Below are positions 61,246-64,000 of a stretch of DNA of 64,000 nucleotides, piece by piece. The notes beneath the pieces were generated by a model that saw only the letters and a program-made list of their open reading frames with translations, had not been told where the DNA came from and did no database searches. Source of the DNA: Chthonomonadales bacterium (GTDB lineage Bacteria; Armatimonadota; Chthonomonadetes; Chthonomonadales; CAJBBX01); the NCBI GenBank assembly GCA_049967475.1, contig JBMFSQ010000002.1, positions 128,001-192,000 of the forward strand, given 5' to 3'. Both the position numbers and the translations under genes were made by a program. Position 1 is the stretch's first letter, and every line of letters starts with the position of its first letter.

Positions 61246-62391
61246 ATGAAGCTTGTAGACCGCTTGATCCTACGGGAAATCTCCGGGCCCTTTATCAACA
61301 GCGTATTCCTCTTTCTCATGCTGCTGTTCTCCTCGGCTTACCTGTTCAAGGTAACCGACCTGATGGTACAAGGGGTGCCCGCCTTCACCGTGGCCCAGAT
61401 CGCCCTCTATAGTCTTCCGGGACTGGTGACGCAGACGCTTCCCATGGCTATGCTCTTGAGCTGCCTGCTGGCATTCGGACGCCTCTCGAGCGATAGCGAA
61501 CACATCGCCCTCTTCGCCAGCGGCATCAGCTTCTACCGCATCGCCCGCCCCATCGCCGCCATGGGATCTGTGGTGAGCCTGGTGGCCATCGCATGGAACG
61601 AAACCGTTGTCCCGCCTGCCACGCGGAAATATTACGATCTGCTCGTGAGCGCCACGGAGCATATCCAGGCCACGGACCGCCCCCTCCATTACACGGTGAA
61701 CAAGCCGGGATCCGATGCCATAGATGAATTCGTAAGCATAGACGGCGGCTACGATGCCCACACCCAATCCCTCAAACGGGTGACCATCCTAAAGATGAGC
61801 GACGACCCCAAACGGGCTGGAATGCCCGAAATGGTGGTGTATGCCCAGCGGGCGGTGGCCCGCGACCCAAGGGGCGTAGATTGGATCCTCTATAACGGAT
61901 ACGCCCGTTATATTCCAAGGGACGCCACCGGGCACTTCCAGGCAGACACCGTCTTTGACGTAACCACGACCAGTTCGCTGGGTCACAATGTGCGGGTAGG
62001 CCGCCCGTTCCGGGGAGTGATGCAAGCAGACACCCACGACAACCACCAGATGACGTTTGCGCAATTGCGTGATAAGATAAACTTGGAACGCGCCCAGGGA
62101 AGCCCGGACACCCTGGGTGATGAGGTAGATCTCTGGGAGAAGCTCTCCCTCCCCTTCGCCAGCCTCATCTTCGGGCTTGTGGGCGCACCTCTAGGGGTTC
62201 GGCCTCAGCGCGGGAGCAAGGTGATGGGCTTCGGCATCGCCATCGCAATCATCTTCGGATACTGGGTGGTCTACCACTGGATGTACCTGGTGGGAAAGAA
62301 CGGCGGCCTTCCCCCGATGCTGGCCAGCTTCGCCGCAGACCTCATCGGGCTCGTTGCAGCCGGGTACCTCATCGCAAGGACGCGGCAGTGA
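61246..62391 (+). CDS. LptF/LptG family permease
   Basis: MKLVDRLILRE, LPMAMLL...GRLSSDSEHIALFASGIS, KLSLPFA...GAPLG, final three TM helices. Confidence 0.9.
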   Translation: MKLVDRLILREISGPFINSVFLFLMLLFSSAYLFKVTDLMVQGVPAFTVAQIALYSLPGLVTQTLPMAMLLSCLLAFGRLSSDSEHIALFASGISFYRIARPIAAMGSVVSLVAIAWNETVVPPATRKYYDLLVSATEHIQATDRPLHYTVNKPGSDAIDEFVSIDGGYDAHTQSLKRVTILKMSDDPKRAGMPEMVVYAQRAVARDPRGVDWILYNGYARYIPRDATGHFQADTVFDVTTTSSLGHNVRVGRPFRGVMQADTHDNHQMTFAQLRDKINLERAQGSPDTLGDEVDLWEKLSLPFASLIFGLVGAPLGVRPQRGSKVMGFGIAIAIIFGYWVVYHWMYLVGKNGGLPPMLASFAADLIGLVAAGYLIARTRQ

Positions 62392-62408
62392 GCAGGAGGT
62401 GATGGGTC

Positions 62409-63980
62409 ATGTTCTGGACTGTGTTGGCCCTGTGCCTCACCGTGGTAATGGGGGGCGTCATCGCCTATAACGGCGACGTGATAGGCCGCAGGTACGGCAA
62501 GCGGCGCCTCACCGTGCTGGGACTGCGCCCGCGCCATACCGCAGTGCTCATCACCATCGTTACGGGCCTCACAATCTCAGCGGTTACCACAGGCGTGTTG
62601 TTCCTCGTAGTCCCGCCGGTTCGGGAAGTGATTATGGAAGGTGAACAGGCCATCCGAACCAAAGCACGCCTCGCAGAGCAGAACCGCACGCTCCTTCATC
62701 TCAATTCGGGTCTGGCGGATCAGAATGCTCAGCTCGAAGCACGAAACGCGAGGTTGGCCCACCAGCAGGCGCGAGCCCGGGCGGAAGTCTTGAAGGTAAG
62801 CCGTGAATTGGCCGCACGGCAACTCGAGCTCAAGCGCACCCAGGCTGCATTGGCAACAGCCGTTGCCAACGAACGCTCTGCCATCCATCGCGTTCGGTTG
62901 GCCCAAACGGAAGTGGCCTCCCTCATCCGAAAGAAGGCAGAACTTTCCGCGGCAATCGCCTTGCTCACCCGCCGGAACGCCGAATTGGCCGCCCGGAATG
63001 CCGACCTCAATGCCGAGAACATGCGCCTGGCCAGGGATAACGCGGCTGCCGTTAAGTACGGCGAGGAACTGGGGCAAGACAACGAACGCAAGCACCGCGA
63101 GAACGAGACGCTGCTCCGTGTCAATAACGCCCTGTTGGACGCGAACGGCAAACTGGATGAACAGAACCGCACGCTTATGCGCAAGAATGCCGAACTGGAA
63201 CAGAAGAATGCAGAGCTTCTGAAGGCCGGCCGCGAATTGCTTCTCCAATCCCGCACGGATCTCTCGGAACTCGCTCGACGGCTGGAGGCGATGCGCACAC
63301 GGCGAGTGGTGATCCACACTGGGGAGGACCTTGCCCGGTGCATCATCCCGCCCAATCAAAGCCCGGAAGACGTACGCCGCGCCATAGATCAGCTGATCCA
63401 TGACGCCAATCAGGCGGCTCTGGCACGGGGCGCAGGGCCCGGAGACACAGGGGTCCGTGCAGTACGTGTGGTGAGCAAAGAGTTCGAGACCATTACCCCC
63501 TTCGGCAACATCCACCCCATCGAGGTTACGGAGACGGACCGAATAGACGCCCTGGTCCGGCGCTTGGCCGGAGCCGATCAACCGGTATGCCTCCTGGCCC
63601 TTGCCGTAGCCAATAGCGTGGATGGAGAGCCGGCCCTCATAGATTTCCAGCCCTACACCGATCGCCTTATCTACACCCGGGGGCGCGTGGTGGGCTCGCG
63701 GCGGTTTGACGCCACGGAGCCTGTGGAGAAGCTCTACCCGGAAATCATGAGCTTTCTGAAGGACCTGGGCAGGAGCGCCATTGACCGCGGAATGATCCCT
63801 ACCATAGATCCGGCCACGGGCGATCCTCAGGTTGGCGGGCTTACATGGCCCGAGCTGGCAAATCTGATTGACCGGGTGCGGAGTGCCGGCCGGCATATCG
63901 TTTTGACTGCAGTGGCGGCGGCAGACACGAACGCGTCTGACCCCCTGCGCCTCAACTTCAGGATAGACCCGGCCCTGTGA
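62409..63980 (+). CDS. DUF3084 family membrane-anchored coiled-coil protein
   Basis: GGVIAYNGDVIGRRYGKRRLTVLGLRPRHTAVLITIVTG followed by a long heptad coiled coil. Confidence 0.85.
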   Translation: MFWTVLALCLTVVMGGVIAYNGDVIGRRYGKRRLTVLGLRPRHTAVLITIVTGLTISAVTTGVLFLVVPPVREVIMEGEQAIRTKARLAEQNRTLLHLNSGLADQNAQLEARNARLAHQQARARAEVLKVSRELAARQLELKRTQAALATAVANERSAIHRVRLAQTEVASLIRKKAELSAAIALLTRRNAELAARNADLNAENMRLARDNAAAVKYGEELGQDNERKHRENETLLRVNNALLDANGKLDEQNRTLMRKNAELEQKNAELLKAGRELLLQSRTDLSELARRLEAMRTRRVVIHTGEDLARCIIPPNQSPEDVRRAIDQLIHDANQAALARGAGPGDTGVRAVRVVSKEFETITPFGNIHPIEVTETDRIDALVRRLAGADQPVCLLALAVANSVDGEPALIDFQPYTDRLIYTRGRVVGSRRFDATEPVEKLYPEIMSFLKDLGRSAIDRGMIPTIDPATGDPQVGGLTWPELANLIDRVRSAGRHIVLTAVAAADTNASDPLRLNFRIDPAL

Positions 63981-64000
63981 AGACGGTGATGGCGATTGAT
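63977..64000 (+). CDS. Probable start of a YqgF/RuvX-like RNase H-fold protein (truncated by the window end)
   Basis: GTG overlapping the previous stop, reading MKTVMAID; only 8 codons visible. Confidence 0.4.

Overview
GC-rich bacterial chromosomal segment. Gene content (UBact/proteasome operon, Lpt LPS-export genes, futalosine-pathway mqnD, Firmicutes-like tmk-darA and yacL-ispDF order) suggests Armatimonadota; this is inference. Most of the window is housekeeping. In order: htrA (partial), a complete arc-dop-ubact-prcB-prcA-pafA operon, a CoA-disulfide reductase/rhodanese gene with a Rex-like operator, glgA, fliA, a ycf45-like ATPase, tmk, darA, secDF, yacL-ispDF, hpf, two phosphofructokinases around a pfkB, mqnD, a GH5, tauE-sat-selB, ogg-cysS, a frameshifted ECF sigma, a divergent prs, gmd-fcl, a heterodimeric ABC exporter, ruvB, a hybrid kinase, a glycogen debranching enzyme, rlmN and lptC-lptA-lptB-lptF/G-DUF3084. 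The one clearly accessory patch (about 17.65-19.3 kb) holds a decayed DNA methyltransferase. It is interrupted at its SAM-binding motif by an intein remnant carrying in-frame palindromic repeats and a DUF559-type nuclease start, and it sits beside a solitary integron-like cassette with an attC-like site. Other leads are a leader-peptide/terminator attenuator candidate before the ABC exporter, the proteasomal ATPase lacking a GQYL tail, and an IscR/Rrf2-like operator before sat. No rRNA, tRNA or CRISPR array was recognised. All calls come from manual motif recognition; no searches were run.
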